Under the pieces are notes generated by a model, which saw nothing but the letters and a program-made list of their open reading frames with translations, was not told where the DNA came from and made no database searches. Positions 26,681 through 40,200 of a stretch of 64,000 nt of DNA are shown here, in pieces. The DNA lies in assembly GCF_009834535.1 (NCBI RefSeq), contig NC_045697.1, positions 39,806,001-39,870,000 on the forward strand, written 5' to 3'. A program made the position numbers and the translations under genes. The DNA is from Camelus ferus (taxonomy: Eukaryota). How positions within the stretch are numbered: position 1 is the first letter of the stretch; every line of letters starts with the position of its first letter.

Positions 26681-28419
26681 ATATTAATTAATGAACTTTA
26701 ACTCGTTAAGTGGTCTGCCATATGAGCGACAGTATAATACTCTGGCAGGATAAGACATTTAAGAGTGGGAGCCTAGTCACAGTATTATCTTTTGAACACC
26801 TGGCACCATGGGTCTTAGTTAATGGTAAGATCAGTTTGAAATAATAATGGATGAGTTTGGTCACCAAATAATGTTAATGCCCTACAGAATTATTTTATCT
26901 AGAATGAGAAAATAGTAGTTCACTTCTCTTCTCTTTGGACCAGTCCACATCACGTTCTATGCAGCTCTAGGGAAACCCTTTCAGAGAAACACAGACAAAC
27001 TGAAATGGGTCCAGGAAGAAGTACTCAGGAGAGAAAAAGGTTCTGAGAAACCCTTTATGAGAAGCAACTGAAGGATGACACACTAGCTGTAACAAAAAGA
27101 GGTAATGCATTTCTTCATGTCTGGGAAGAAGAGGCTAAATTAAGACCAAATTCTGGAAGCTACACAAAAAGTTTTTGGATCAGTAGAAAGACGAACTTGC
27201 CAGTGGTTTGTTTCCACTGCACTTTATCAGTAGAATAAATAATAAGTGCTGTAAAACTTTCTACTTTCTATTGTTAAGTAAAGTGACTTCCAGAAATTAC
27301 CTCAATAGCCACATAGCACCTGGTGGTGCACATGTTAGGCCCTGAAATACTTATTTAATGAATTAAAGAGTGTGAGAAGGATTAAACAAATGACTGTCAG
27401 AACTGAAGATGAAACTGAGCTGTCCTGTGAGGGAAGGCGTTCAAACACAGGCTAGTTAACTAGTTGGCAGAGATGGTATGCAGGAGAGCCAAGTTTCGTT
27501 TACTTGGTTGGATCAGATGACTTTTAAAGGCCTTTCGAGCCCTAAACACCTATGGTTTCATGACCTGGGTGTAAGCTCTGGCCGTGCCACTTAAGTAGCA
27601 CTGTGGCATGAAGTAAAGTCACCGCTCTGCTTTGCTCAAATGGGATTTACATATATACCCTGCTTGCTACGTAAGTTGTTTTCCACCTCCTTGCTACATA
27701 TGTTGTTTGGAAGATCAAAATAACATTTTAACACAAACAAACAAACAAACAACAAGAACCAAAATAAAAGGCTAATGGCCTTCCTACCTTGACTGGTGAG
27801 AAGTCAAGCATGGACTTTTAGAGGAAGTGCTGGGGGAGGTGGGTGGAAGCCCGGACTGGAAGGGACCAGATCCAGAGGAACTGGCTGTAGTACAGGGCTT
27901 GACCCTGAAGGGAAAGCAGTATTAACCCCAGACACTGTGGACCAAAGGGCATAACAATTTCAGGCTTGGTGTAGGTCAGTGTCCTGTCTACAGTGGGTAA
28001 GTCCCACAAGGGAAACAATACCTCAAGAGTACACCCTCAGATATCACTGGGGGCCTGGGAATAGAAAACAACCACTGGGGCAGGTGTTTCCTGATTGCCC
28101 GAGGGCTCAGCCAAGTAGATTGGATTCAGGTTATCCAAAATACTGAAGAAAATGAGGCAGAAGCCAGGGGTAGAGGCCAAAGTGAAGGGAAGGAGAGGAA
28201 GCCTAAAAGCGTTAAAATGAATGCCAGGCCCCCAGCCAATAGGTCTGGTGCTGCAACTATACTGCTGCCTTAGTCCAAATAGACTCTTCACCTGTCTGAC
28301 GTTAAACCCATAAGAAGAAACCATCATGGAATGTAGGTAAATTAGGGAAAGAGGCAGGACTGAACTGGGAAAATGCCCTGCAATTTACAAAGGGCTATCC
28401 AGGTATACCTGTTTATACC

Positions 28420-28650
28420 TTAGTGATAAGAAGCTGCCTCTGGAATCAGGTTGCCTGGGATTGAATCCGATTTCGTTCAATTTGACTTAAAGGCAGACTC
28501 CTGCCGTACCTTTCTGTGTCTCCATTTCTTTGGTTGTAAAATGGAGATGATAATCGTGACCACCTCATAGCGTATGCTGTGGTTAAGTGAGATAATGTGG
28601 TAAAGCACTTAGAGCAGCACCTGGCATAAAATGTGCCCCCAATAAATAAC
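28420..28650 (+). mobile_element. MIR SINE
   Basis: tgtaaaatggagatgataat...cacctcatag...aagcacttagagcagcacctggcata. Confidence 0.7.
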
Positions 28651-28765
28651 AGTAACTATAGATTTTTGCCTAGAGCTCAGTGATCTGCATTGATCTACAT
28701 ACCTAGGTCTTTTTTTTGTACTCAACAATCTATTCTTCAGTTATGTCTTTGGTTGTCTTCTTCCA

Positions 28766-29007
28766 ATGGTTCTCAACCAATAGTGATTCTGCCCTGAGGG
28801 ACATTTGGCATTGTCTGGAGACACTGTTGGTTGTTATTTTGGGGTGAGAGGTACTGGCTTCTAATAAGTAGAGGTTGGAGGCACTGCAAAAAATCCTGAG
28901 ATCTCAGAGATCCAGGGATGCTGCTAAACATACACGTGCCAGCACCCCACAACAAAGAATTACCTGGCCCCAAGTATCAATAGCGAACAGGTTGAGAATC
29001 CTGACCT
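28766..29007. mobile_element. MER20-like hAT-Charlie element
   Basis: Ends ggttctcaacc ... ggttgagaatcc. Internal gggacatttggcattgtctggagac and agggatgctgctaaacat. Confidence 0.8.
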
Positions 29008-29574
29008 AGACTCATTTCTAGTAACCAGCAAAATTTCACTGAATGCAACTCTGAAGGAAAAAGATGGTATATTCGCTTTCCTTCACCTTCCAGAGCCCTA
29101 ATACTCTGAAAAGATGGAATGTATACAAAGCTGCAACCCCAGTGGCCACAAAGCTTCTTATTCTTTCCCTTCTTGTAGTCTCTGGAGCTGGGGGTGTGGT
29201 GGGATTCATACATCCCAGAATGCAATGGGCTACTTTTGATTCCTTCCCAAATCCTCCCCTGTTGCTTTCAGGGAGCTGCAATTCTTAGGTGGATATTGAC
29301 TAATTTAGGGGGTGGAAGTGGGTAGGAGTGGGGAGCCTGCAATCTAGCTGCCTCAGAAGATAGTGCCTGCACATTCCAGGCATGGTAAGAAGGAAGACAA
29401 GTGTCTTTATATCTACTTTCAATTAGGAAGGATCATTCCTGTTCTGGCAGCATAATGTAGGTGGCCTGTCAATTATTTTCAATCTTCCATTCTGTTTTGC
29501 TGCTTCATGGATGGCGAAAATCCTTTATGGTGGATGATGGGTAGACAGAAATCCTACCATTTTTGCAGGGGGAG

Positions 29575-29921
29575 TGTCGGCAGTCTTAAGTGAGCAGGTC
29601 GTGGGACCCAGGTCAAGGTTCATAATAACTTGCATGTGTATGAGGTAAGAAGTAAATGTACACATGCACTAGTGGCATGAGTCCGCATTATGAACAACAG
29701 GCATGCGCCCATAGCATGAGTCCGCATTATGAACAATACATATGCGCGGGCATTATAAAAGGACAAGTGCATACACCTGAGCGGGCGCCACCTGCCTGTA
29801 CTGCAGTAAAGTGCTGTTTTGCTCCATGTCGGCTCCTCGCGCATTATGTTGGCTCCTCGCGCCTTCTTCTAGTTGGGCAGCTCACCTCCTCAAATCCCTC
29901 TCCAGCCTCTCCGGGCTGACA
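29575..29921 (+). mobile_element. Solo ERV LTR, 347 bp
   Basis: TGTCGGC...GCTGACA inverted termini, GGAG 4-bp TSD (29571-29574, 29922-29925), tandem 23-bp repeats, TATAAAA (29754-29760), AGTAAA (29805-29810). Confidence 0.8.
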
Positions 29922-31160
29922 GGAGTCTGAGGTTTTCATTGTTTCTGGACCATCACAGGTGTTTTCACTGACAGCTGGCAAAGGCTGTCAGGGCTGCAAG
30001 TCAGGTGTCCTTTAAAATCATTACTTTCTCTTTACTCCTGCTGATTTGTTTTAAAAAGGGTAGATTAAGGCACAAGAATCTCCTTGGGGGTGATCAATAA
30101 ATCTGTAATGAGGACTTCCCTTTTTTCAGGTACTCACAGTTGTTAGAATTTGATTTTAAATCATTGCAAAGATGCAGGGATGAAGGGAAGCTCTGCACTC
30201 TTTGGGTCACCATTCTATCCTCCTATCCCAGAATTTCCTAGAATTCCAGAAGTCAGAGTAAGTGCATAGTCCATGGTTCACGGGTCTTTAGTGATAGTGC
30301 CTGGTAGCAGTGTGAATAAATGGTCATACTGTATAAATTTCTAATTTCCAGTTTAAAATATTCAACTAAAAATGCATCTAATCAAGAGATTAAGCTTTCT
30401 AAGAACTGAAAGCGGCTGGATTATAAATCTGACGAGCTTTATGTTCCATGTGCACATAAAGAATGTTTTCTAATGACTGATGAGTAAGCTAAATTTTCAT
30501 TTTCTTCTCCAAATGGCTATAGATTTTCTTTTTCTCAGTGAACACTGATCTTGAATACACACAAATGCTAAAATCCAGCTGTTTCTCTTTGTGAGCAAAA
30601 AGCAGTCTTAAATTAGTTTTTATAATACAGACATATCTTTCACTCTTGTCAAGTGCAATACTCAACAAGCAATGTTCCCATTAAAACCAGGTGAATGCTT
30701 TTCCTGTTCTTTTTCTCCTTGGTCTTGCCCCATACTTTTTGCATCTGATACCCAGGAAGAAGTATTGCCAAAATATACTTTTTCACAAAACCGTATCAAA
30801 TTACAGACTTTATTTTGATTACAGAGTTTATGATTAAAATTTCCCCATTGACGTAACTTTAATTATAGATTTCATGAAGGAAAAGACTGTAATTTTACAC
30901 ATTGATAAATGAATTTTTGGTTAGAAAATGGCTTAAGAGCACATACACTTCATGAACCACCACCAATTGGACATGGGCCATAACCCTGAATTTCTGAGTG
31001 TTCATTCCTTAGTAGAGTATAACTGATATTATCAGGAAAACTACATTGTTAAAAATCACTTATTTTGGAGGATTTCTTCTTTGATGCTGTACTGTATTAT
31101 CTAAATTGAATGTGTCTAACTGGAAATTCACAACCTTTCAGCACATACTTAGAAGCCAAT

Positions 31161-31541
31161 TGTATTAGCTTGCTAGGGTTGCCATACAAAGCACTGCAGA
31201 CTGAGCGGCTTAAACAACGAAAATGTGTTTTCTTACAGTTCTGGAGGTTAGAAGCCTGAGATCAAAGTGTTGGCAGTACTGGTTTCTTCTGAGGCCTCTC
31301 TTCTCAGCTTGTAGGTGGCCATCCTCTTCCCGTATTTTCACATGGTCTCCCTACATATGCATCTCTGTCCTAGTTTCCTATTCTTATAGGGACACCAGTC
31401 AGACTGGATTAGGACCCACTCTAATGACCTTATTTTAACTAGCTTGCCTCCTTAAAGATCCTAATATAGTCACATTCTGAGGTACTAGGGGTTAGGGCTT
31501 CAACATATGAATTTTGGAGGGACACAATGCAGACCAGAACA
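31161..31541 (-). mobile_element. MaLR LTR (MLT1-like)
   Basis: tgtattagcttgctagggttgcc...cttacagttctggagg...gtcacattctgaggtactaggggttagggcttcaacatatgaattttggagggacaca. Confidence 0.85.
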
Positions 31542-31542
31542 C

Positions 31543-31974
31543 TGTCAAAAATCCAAAAAATAGCAAAACTAAAACCACTAGATCAATACACTGAACTTAG
31601 TAAGAGTTTATGTGCATATAAGAACAGGTCGAGAACTGAGAGCTTTCAAATTTAAAACTGATATGAAGCTCAAGGATGTGATCTTACAGGATGGCTTATA
31701 AAGTGAAAATGAGGAAGTTGTTTAACCTTTACAGTGATTGGTTATTTCAGTGGGGGTTTCCAGACAGTAGGGGGTTGGTTAAAAGTGATTGTCTTATACC
31801 ATTTTTAGGAAGATAAGTTTCCTTTACGATTATCAGTGGCATTTACAAGAAATAACCTAATTTTTACTTATGTTCATGAAATAAGTTAGATTTAGTTTTG
31901 CTTATGTGGCTTAAATGGTTTTGTCTCCCAGGGAGTTTTCAAGCCCAGTCTCCACTTAGTATTTAATTTTAACA
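31543..31974 (-). mobile_element. Solo ERV1-type LTR, 432 bp
   Basis: TGTCAA...TTAACA termini with ACAC 4-bp TSD (31539-31542, 31975-31978). The minus strand opens tgttaaaattaaa...ccctgggagacaaaacc, resembling MER34/MER39-type LTRs. Confidence 0.65.
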
Positions 31975-33065
31975 ACACCAACTCACAGACTTCCCTTGTT
32001 TTTCACTTGGCTTAGGTGGAATAAAGTAGTACCAGATAACCATTCCTATACAGAAAAATTCTATATAAATTATATTTAAACTGGAGTCACATTACAGCAC
32101 AAGCATAAGTTGTTTAGAGACTCCTAAATGTTATTACTAAAGACAGCAGATTTTTAGACCAACAAATCTCACAAGTCTGAGGATATCAAAGGCCTATCAG
32201 GAATAATAGAGTCCAAGTATAATGGAAATCAAACACTTGCATGAGTACAAGCTTTGGTTAGATATACTTGAGACTTTGTACCTGAGCCCTCCAGTCTGCA
32301 CACCAAGTTCATCCTTCTAAGACCTGGAAAAAAAACAAGAGTTAAGGAGAACTCAGAAGAAATTTTGGAAAATATTTTCAAACCAAGATAATTGTATTTT
32401 CCTACTTAGTTGCGAGCCATGATCATTCAAAGTCCACAGAGGCTACCATTGCTCTAAAGTATGGATGATCCCACTTACCTTTAGGGACGTTCCCACCACT
32501 AATTTGTTTATTATCTGTTAATTCCCACAGATGACTTGCTTACCAGCTGTGATACTTCATTTCCCTAAGCCTCCTTAGCCTCATCTCTAACATAGAGATA
32601 ACAACAGTACCGACCTCAGAGGGTTGATGTGAGAATAAAATAAGATGATGGTATTAAATGTCTGGCACAAAGTAAACATGTAATAAATATTAGCCAACAT
32701 CGTTAGCCTCCATGAGGACAGGAACCATAGCTGGACCACTAATGACTATGTACCCAGTTCCTGGGAGACAAGAGGCAAGGTAGTCAATGGATGAAAGAAT
32801 TAACCTGGATCTGATTTGGGGATCATCCAAACAAAAACAAGAGGAGGTAGGAGGGAGAAGTGATCACTCTCTACATAAATTAAGTTTTTTCAATGTAAGA
32901 AATTTGTTAGTGCATTTTTAAAGAATGTCTACAAGATAGTAGACCTGTGACTTTAAGGGACTGCTCCTTTACTTAAAAAAATATTTTTTATTTCACGAGT
33001 TCATGAAATACTTCCCTTAAATCCATACTTGTCAGGGCTGTTTCTCAGAATTTATGTCTGTCTGC

Positions 33066-33084
33066 TTTCTTTTCTTTTTCCTTT

Positions 33085-33156
<72 letters not shown>

Positions 33157-33224
33157 TCCTTCCTTCCTTCCTTCCTTCCTTTCTTCCTTTCTTTCTCTTT
33201 CCTTCCTTTCTTTCCTTTCTTTCT
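33066..33224. repeat. Compound (TTTC)n/(TTCC)n microsatellite
   Basis: Directly visible pyrimidine tetranucleotide runs. Confidence 0.95.
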
Positions 33225-35483
33225 GTTGTTGTTGTTCTTAAAAACAACAATAACTCTGTATAGTATCCCGCTTTAAATAATTTGAAATTTTTAAACTGGC
33301 TATTTCTACATCTACGCCCCGCACCATGCATGGAGTGAAACCCTTTAAGAATGCCAGTAGCTCCACGGAAAAAGAAAGAAGCCTTCAGTGTTCTCAACCA
33401 CCTGTTCAGACTTCGTCTTTGCCTCCGTTCCCCTGCCTCTCCACACCACTCTAGCAAGGTGTGATGTGGCGAGGTAACTGTTTAAATAACAAAATAGGGA
33501 GAAGTGGGCACTATACTGGACACAGAATTAAATTAGGGGAGAAGCATTATAACTGACAGAGGAATCAGAGAGGAGCTGAATTCTCCAGTTCCTCGCTACT
33601 TCCCGCTTCAAGGGGCCTCAGTCCTAGACGCATGCGCAGCCCTACATACCAGGAGCTGTCCATTCTCCAAAGGCGGGCAACCGGGATGCTGGGGATTGAG
33701 GCCAGGCCCACAAATTTCAAGGTCCTTCTGGCCAAACCCACAGAGCTGGGAGAATAGATGTGCGCGGCCTGGAGAGCAAAACATCAAGGTTCAGGGCATA
33801 CACAGTGACTTCCATAGGTACACGGATATATGACAGTGCATCGGACGCAATGCGGGAAAATAAACAATAAGAATGAATTCAAAGCAGTATACTTAGGAAG
33901 AAAAGTTAAACGATAGAAACTGCATATATACATGGTGACAAGCAGCCAGATTCTGGGGTGAAAACTTAAATGAGCATGTAATGTATTAAATATTCAGAAT
34001 TTTATTACACACCAGGCCCAACAGCAATACAGAGCCAATTAGAAAACAAGGGTCTTGTTAAATAACTGAGCTAAATTATCATCTTAATATTCTCAATGAT
34101 ATCACGCAGATTCTCTCAATGAAAAATTTGGAAGAAATAAACGAATAGTCAGCACAGGGTAGTAGAGAAACCGTGGACTTTGAATACTTACCAGCAAGAG
34201 TTCAAATCCCAGCTCTGCAGCTCAGGTAGCTGTGTCCATGTTTCCTTCCTTGTCAAAGGAGAATTATAAGCTCCACGCTACAGTCCATGCTGAGGATGAA
34301 ATAAGCTAATGTCTTTCGAGGGTCTAGCACAGGTCCTGGCATCGGGCCTCTGAATATTGCTTCCCTTTCCTCTCCGTCCTCTCCCTGCCGTGGAGTACAT
34401 CAGTGAGACGTTTGGTTTAAACCGAAGCATAAAGGAATGAATTTCTATAAAGGAGCACATTTCCTGATGAACAGGAATGTGTTCCTGATGAACACATTTT
34501 CAAATATTAAAGCAGGTAAACCAAGGAATTTGGAACTTAAGGAATCTCTAGTTTCGTTTAGTACAGATGAGTTTTTCAAAGGCAGTAGTGTGGATGGGAG
34601 AATGGAGTAAAGTTGTTTTTTTTTTCCTTTGTTATTTATTTTCAGAGTGAAGAATTTTTAGAATGAGGGGTGAATAGAAAAGAGTATCATGACAGGCTTT
34701 CAATGTCAAAAAGCTTAATTCATTTTCTGAAACATGGCCTCTCACAATCCACTCTGTAATTTACAGGCAGTAAAACCAAGTGCAAAAAGAATGGACTAGG
34801 GAGGCAGACAGACAGGAGTTGGCATCCTCACCATCTGTGACCTTGGACATATTATTTATGTGAGGCTCAGTTTCCCCGTGTATAAGTTGGAGATACTAAT
34901 ACTTGCTGGCAAGGTTGTTGGGAGAATTATATGAGATAACATAGGCAGAGTGCATTGTGCTCAGGAAATAAAGTTTTAATACAATCAACCCTGAACTGAG
35001 GGACCTTGAACCACTGGCTGTCACTGAGAAGTTTCACTGAGATGACAGAAAAAGAAAGGTGTGAAAAGTGAAAGGAGCACATGATGATTCACAATTAAAT
35101 TCACTGAAAAGAAAGCATTCTATATGTATATAGCTGTGTTCATGACATTAGTTATACTCTAATTGAATAAGTAAGATATATATAATATGAAATAACTTGC
35201 TATGCTCTTTACAAGAATCATCATTAATATGTTCTCTCTGACCCTCAGACCTTCATGTGACTGTAGATTTTGCTTGAAACACTTTTCTCCTCCTCCCCCT
35301 CCCAATGCTTAATTCCTCATCTTTACAGTCTTGACATAAATGTCACTTCATCATGAAAACTTTCTTTGTTTTACCCCAGAATAATTTAAGAGCCCTGCTA
35401 TGTGCTCCTATCGCATTCTTAACTTCCCCATTTTTAGCACTTCCCACACTTTATTGAAATTGAATGTTCATTCCCTGAGGGAC

Positions 35484-35945
35484 TGTAAAGAAGGTTGCAC
35501 CCAGTTCTACAAGAATCAAGTCATTAGCCACTGCAGTCACTGACCTACAATACACCCTGAAAGGAATTCAGGGTGAAGATCAGGATGAGACATTTTGTGC
35601 TCTGGGAAAACTGACAGAACTGACCCTGACCCTCCAATAGTTAGATATTTTCAGGAGAAAATTTTTATGAGCCCGGATTCTTCCATCTTCCCACACTTAG
35701 AAAAACTCTAAAACCATTAACTAAGATGTCTGTTCCTCATGACTAGCAGCCACCTTCTACTGAGATGTGTGCTTGATGGCACGTACCCCCTTGGCCAAAA
35801 TCACATATATACTGGCCTCCCCCTTTATCTCTTCAGAACAGTTCACAGAGCTCTCTGAGTGACAGTCTCCTGAGTTATAATCCTCAGGTTGTCTCAAATA
35901 AAATTTCCATTTTTTTCTTAGACTATTAATTATTTTTTGTTACCA
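35484..35945 (+). mobile_element. Probable ERV LTR
   Basis: Starts TGTAA, TATA-like catatata (~35803), AATAAA (~35897), ends near ttacca. No TSD identified. Confidence 0.5.
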
Positions 35946-36364
35946 TCATGATGTCAAATTTAACTAAGGAATATAATATTCCTGCTCAATCTCTGATAAT
36001 CGTAGGATTTATCCACATCCTTATTTAAGCAACCATAATCATACCAGAACTGTAAGTAAATTTAAATTTATTTCAGGTGATATAAAAATTCTTCACACCC
36101 ACTGGAAAGGTTTTATTAGTAGAACATGGCAATGTAATTTTCAATAAATATGCTAAATACCATTTTTTCAAGAGGATTTTATATCAAAGTCTATCACAAT
36201 TACCAAAAATTAGCCATATAAAAACATATACCATAACTCGATGAGTTTAATTAAATCTCTACTTCTGGTATACCCCATAGTCTCTTGTGAACAAATTCTC
36301 TCCACCTTAAACAACCATGTGTTTTAAACATATCTCAAGCTGCCTCACAATAACATGCATATGT

Positions 36365-36825
36365 GTGACAGTGAATTTTATCTGCCAACTTGACTAGGCT
36401 AAGAGATGCCCAGAAAGCTGGTATAGCATTATTTCTGGGTGCGTCTGTAAGGGTGTTTCAAGAAGAGATTAGCACTTGAATAGGTAGTAAATCAGGAGTG
36501 AAGAAGATCCCCGTCAGCAATGTGGGTGGGAGTCATCCAATCCACTGAGGAACTAAATAAAATATAAAGGTGGAGGAAGGGATTACATGCTCTCTACTTG
36601 TGCTGGGACATCTGTGCTCCAGGTTCTCAGGCATTCAGACTTAGACGGAATTATACCACCAGCCCTTCCTGGTTCTCCAGCTTACAGATGGCAGAGCATG
36701 GAACTTCCTGGCCTCCATGTTCACCTGAGCCAATTTCTACAATAAATCTCCTCTTATACATCTATATATATATATATATATATACGCCACTGGCTTTGTT
36801 TCTCTGGAAAATCCTGATTAATACG
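36365..36825 (+). mobile_element. ERVL LTR (MLT2-like)
   Basis: aattttatctgccaacttgactaggc...attatttctgggtgcgtctg...gagattagca...aataaatctcctc-(TA)n-tttctctggaaaatcctga. Confidence 0.8.
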
Positions 36826-38709
36826 CAATCATAAAAATGAGTAAGAGTTACTTTGAAGGAATAAATTTTAGGACTCACACCTGTATAAGAGAATGCAAAA
36901 CTTTCATGCTTACACTCCACTACGTTTAGGTGAAGTCAATTAATTAAATTGTTGAATCCACACTCAAAATGTTGGCTTATACCGTATCATTTCTATACTA
37001 AAGTTCACCAGGGTGATAATTGTTTTATTTATTTTAATTCTAGATCTTATGTTTGGCTCTCCATGAACATTAGCTTGATTAAGCCTGGAAATTAACACCC
37101 TACCCAAATTTATTATCCAAAAATCAACAAAAGCAGCATCACATTTTACTATATTTGCTATAATTAACAAAGCATGATTACTAACCAATTAATGAATGTA
37201 GTAAACTTAGTTACCACAATTCTGACTACCCGAGGAGTCCTTATCTCTCCCAGTTAAATGTCAAGGTATCCCACTAGCTTCTCATGTGCTCTTCTAACAT
37301 GTCAAAAATTGCAGTGAATCTCAATTACATGCTAACTCTTCCCATCATTAGTTCTTTCTGTCTTCCATTAACAAAGTCCTTGTTGGCAGCTGAGCAGCCT
37401 TAATCAAAGTCAGATGGGAAAAATTGTACTCTACACCTCACTAAATAGCAGCCATTATTGTATAAAGCCCAACTCTAACTAATCTCAATCATTTTACTTA
37501 CCTCATCTTCACAATTTACTCTTCATCTGAAATCATGTGCCAGCTGCCAAGACAGAGCCTCTTGCCATTTGTATTATCTATAACTGGTGCCACCATCAAA
37601 CCATTTTAAATCCTTAGGGGATGTTCCCCATTGACAAGGTTTCTTCCCAAATGCCTTATCCTTGAAGAATTTATCATGCACAATATTGTCATTTTAACAA
37701 TATTATTATTAGAACCTTACCAAACATCTCTCCTCAATAGGAATTATTTAGTCAACACTGATCATATTTATAACAACTAATAACAACATTAAGCAACATA
37801 GGTTGTATCCTTTACTACCCCCAAAATAATTTCCATACTCTTTTCCCATGTCTTTCTCTTTAGAGTTCAAGACACTTGAGAAAAAAAGTTATTGTCAAAT
37901 ATGACAAGTTCATTCTGAATGTTTTTAGTTATTTCATTTATTTAAAAGCAAAAAGACCCTTTTAAGTTAACTCATGTGGAGGAATAAGGAACCTAGGATT
38001 TCATGGAAATCCAAGAACTAAAGCTGGAAATCTGTTTTGGATTCAAGCTCATTCTAGATACCTTAGATGCAGAAATTCAAGAATCGTTCCTCTACTACTC
38101 TGCAGTTAGTGTTACTCAGTTCTATTCTATGAATCTAATTCTTTCTATCTTGCTTTAATAACTGCTTCTGCTTATTTTTAATTTCCACTTCCCCATAATT
38201 TTAGCTCATAGATGGTCCATTATGGCCTCCCAAGTCCTGATTCCGTCTCATAAATTTTTGGTGAAAGCTTCCACCAGTAACTGATAATTTTTTGCTTTAT
38301 TCCTTAGGTCCAATTCATGAGAAAGAGAATTCATTTAGTCAAATTAATCTTTTTGAATCTGGCCTTACAGGGTGAAGATTACTGTCTCGCCTGAGGATTC
38401 TTGGGTCAGATAGTTAATCCAGTCCAATAAATGGAGTTGAAGGATGGGGAAGAAGGAAGATACCATCACAGTACCACATATGGCTCCTAAGGCAGCAGGG
38501 TCCAATGGTGGATCAGTTCCTTTGGTGGAGGTTATGGGCAGGGCAAGCACAAAGATGAAGGTGGCTGGTAGTTACAGATAAAACAACAAGATATAACCCT
38601 ATTCCTTGCTTCATATTAATCCCAATTTTGTCAAATTCTATCATGCTATTGTATTTAGGTAATGCAACTGTGTCAGAGAGAAATGTAACCATTATAAATT
38701 CTTTCAAAG

Positions 38710-40200
38710 ATCATTACACCACCTACAAAAAGCCCATAGTCAACATAATACTTAATAGTGAAAGACAATGTTTTCCTCCTAAGATCAGGAATAAGGCAAA
38801 GATGTCTGCTCTTGCCATTTCTATTCAACATCATGATGGAGGTTCTAGAAGAGCAATTAGACAATAAAATAAAATAAAAGGCATCTAGAGTGTAAATGAA
38901 GAAGCAAAACTATCTCTATATGCAGATATTATAACCTTATATATAGAAAATCCTAAGGAATCTAGTAAAAAAAAATGAACAATTAAAACTACTAAACGCA
39001 CATGAGAAGATGTTCAATATACTTAATCATCAGAGAAATGCAAATTAAACACACAATGTGGTATCACCTCACACCTGTCAGAATGGCTATCATCAAAAAG
39101 AGCACAAATAACAAATGTTGGTGAGGATGTGGAGAAAAGGGAACCCTTGTACAAAGTAATGTATTCAGTATCTTGTGGTACTCCATAATGAAAAAGAATA
39201 TGAAAATGAATATATTATGTATATGTAAGACTGAAACATTATGCTGTACACCAGAAATTGGCATAACATTGTAACCTGACTATACTTCAATTTAAAAAAT
39301 GCAAATTTTAAAAAGCCGATTTTTCTAATTGGTTGCTTGTTTTTGATGTTGAGTTATTTGAGCTATTTATATATTTTGAATATTAACTCCTTATCATCTC
39401 CCATTTTGTAGGTTGTCTTTTTGTTTGTTGAGGGAATCCTTTGCTATGCAAAAGCTTTTAAGATTAATTAGGTCCTATTTGTTTATTTTTTGCTTTTGTG
39501 ATTTTTTTTTTTTTTTTTTTTGCTTTAGGAGACAGATCCAAAAAAATATTGCTATGATTTATGTCAAAGAGTGTTCTATGCTTTCCTCTAGTTTTATGGT
39601 TTACAGTCTTATATTTAGGCCTTTAATCCATTTTCAGCTTTTTTGTATATGGTATTAGAGAATGTTCTAATTTCATTCTTTTACATGTAGCTGTCCAGTT
39701 TTCCAAGCATCACTAATTGAAAAGACTATCTTTTCTCCATTGTATATTCTTGCCTCCTTTGTCATAGATTACTTGACCATAAATGCATCGATTTATTTCT
39801 AGACTCTCTATCCTGTTCCATTGATCTATGTGTCTGTTTTGTGCGAGTCCCATACTGTTTTCATTATTGTAGCTCTGTGGTAAAGTCTAAGTCAGGGAAA
39901 GTGATGCCTCCCAGCTCCATTCTACTTCAATCTCAAGATTGTTTTGGCTATCTGGGGTCTTTTATTTTTCCATACAAATTTAAAAATTTTTTGTTCTACT
40001 TCTGTGAAAAATGCCCTATATATTTTGATAGTAAGAAAGTAAACCATAAATGTTCTCACTACATACCCAACTATGTGAGGTAATAGATAAGTTAATTAGC
40101 TTAATCATGATAATCATTTCAGTGTATATGTATATCAGAATATCATCACATTGACACCTTAAATACATGCAATTTTTTGTCAATCATACCTCAAAAAATT
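38710..40200. mobile_element. Mosaic of L1 fragments in both orientations
   Basis: Plus strand: RT-region remnant (KPIVNIILN, ~38720-38990), C-terminal piece (~38995-39150), 3' end (~39150-39310). Minus strand: ORF2 remnant (~39315-40030). Then an old plus-strand 3' end to ~40200. Confidence 0.8.

Noticed and set aside
29675..29865. Short spaced direct repeats superficially like a CRISPR array
   Set aside because: Only two copies each, in mammalian DNA, inside an LTR-like element with a TSD.
33029..33457. Lys/Glu/Arg-rich and Phe/Leu/Ser-rich ORFs
   Set aside because: Translations of the (TTTC)n microsatellite.
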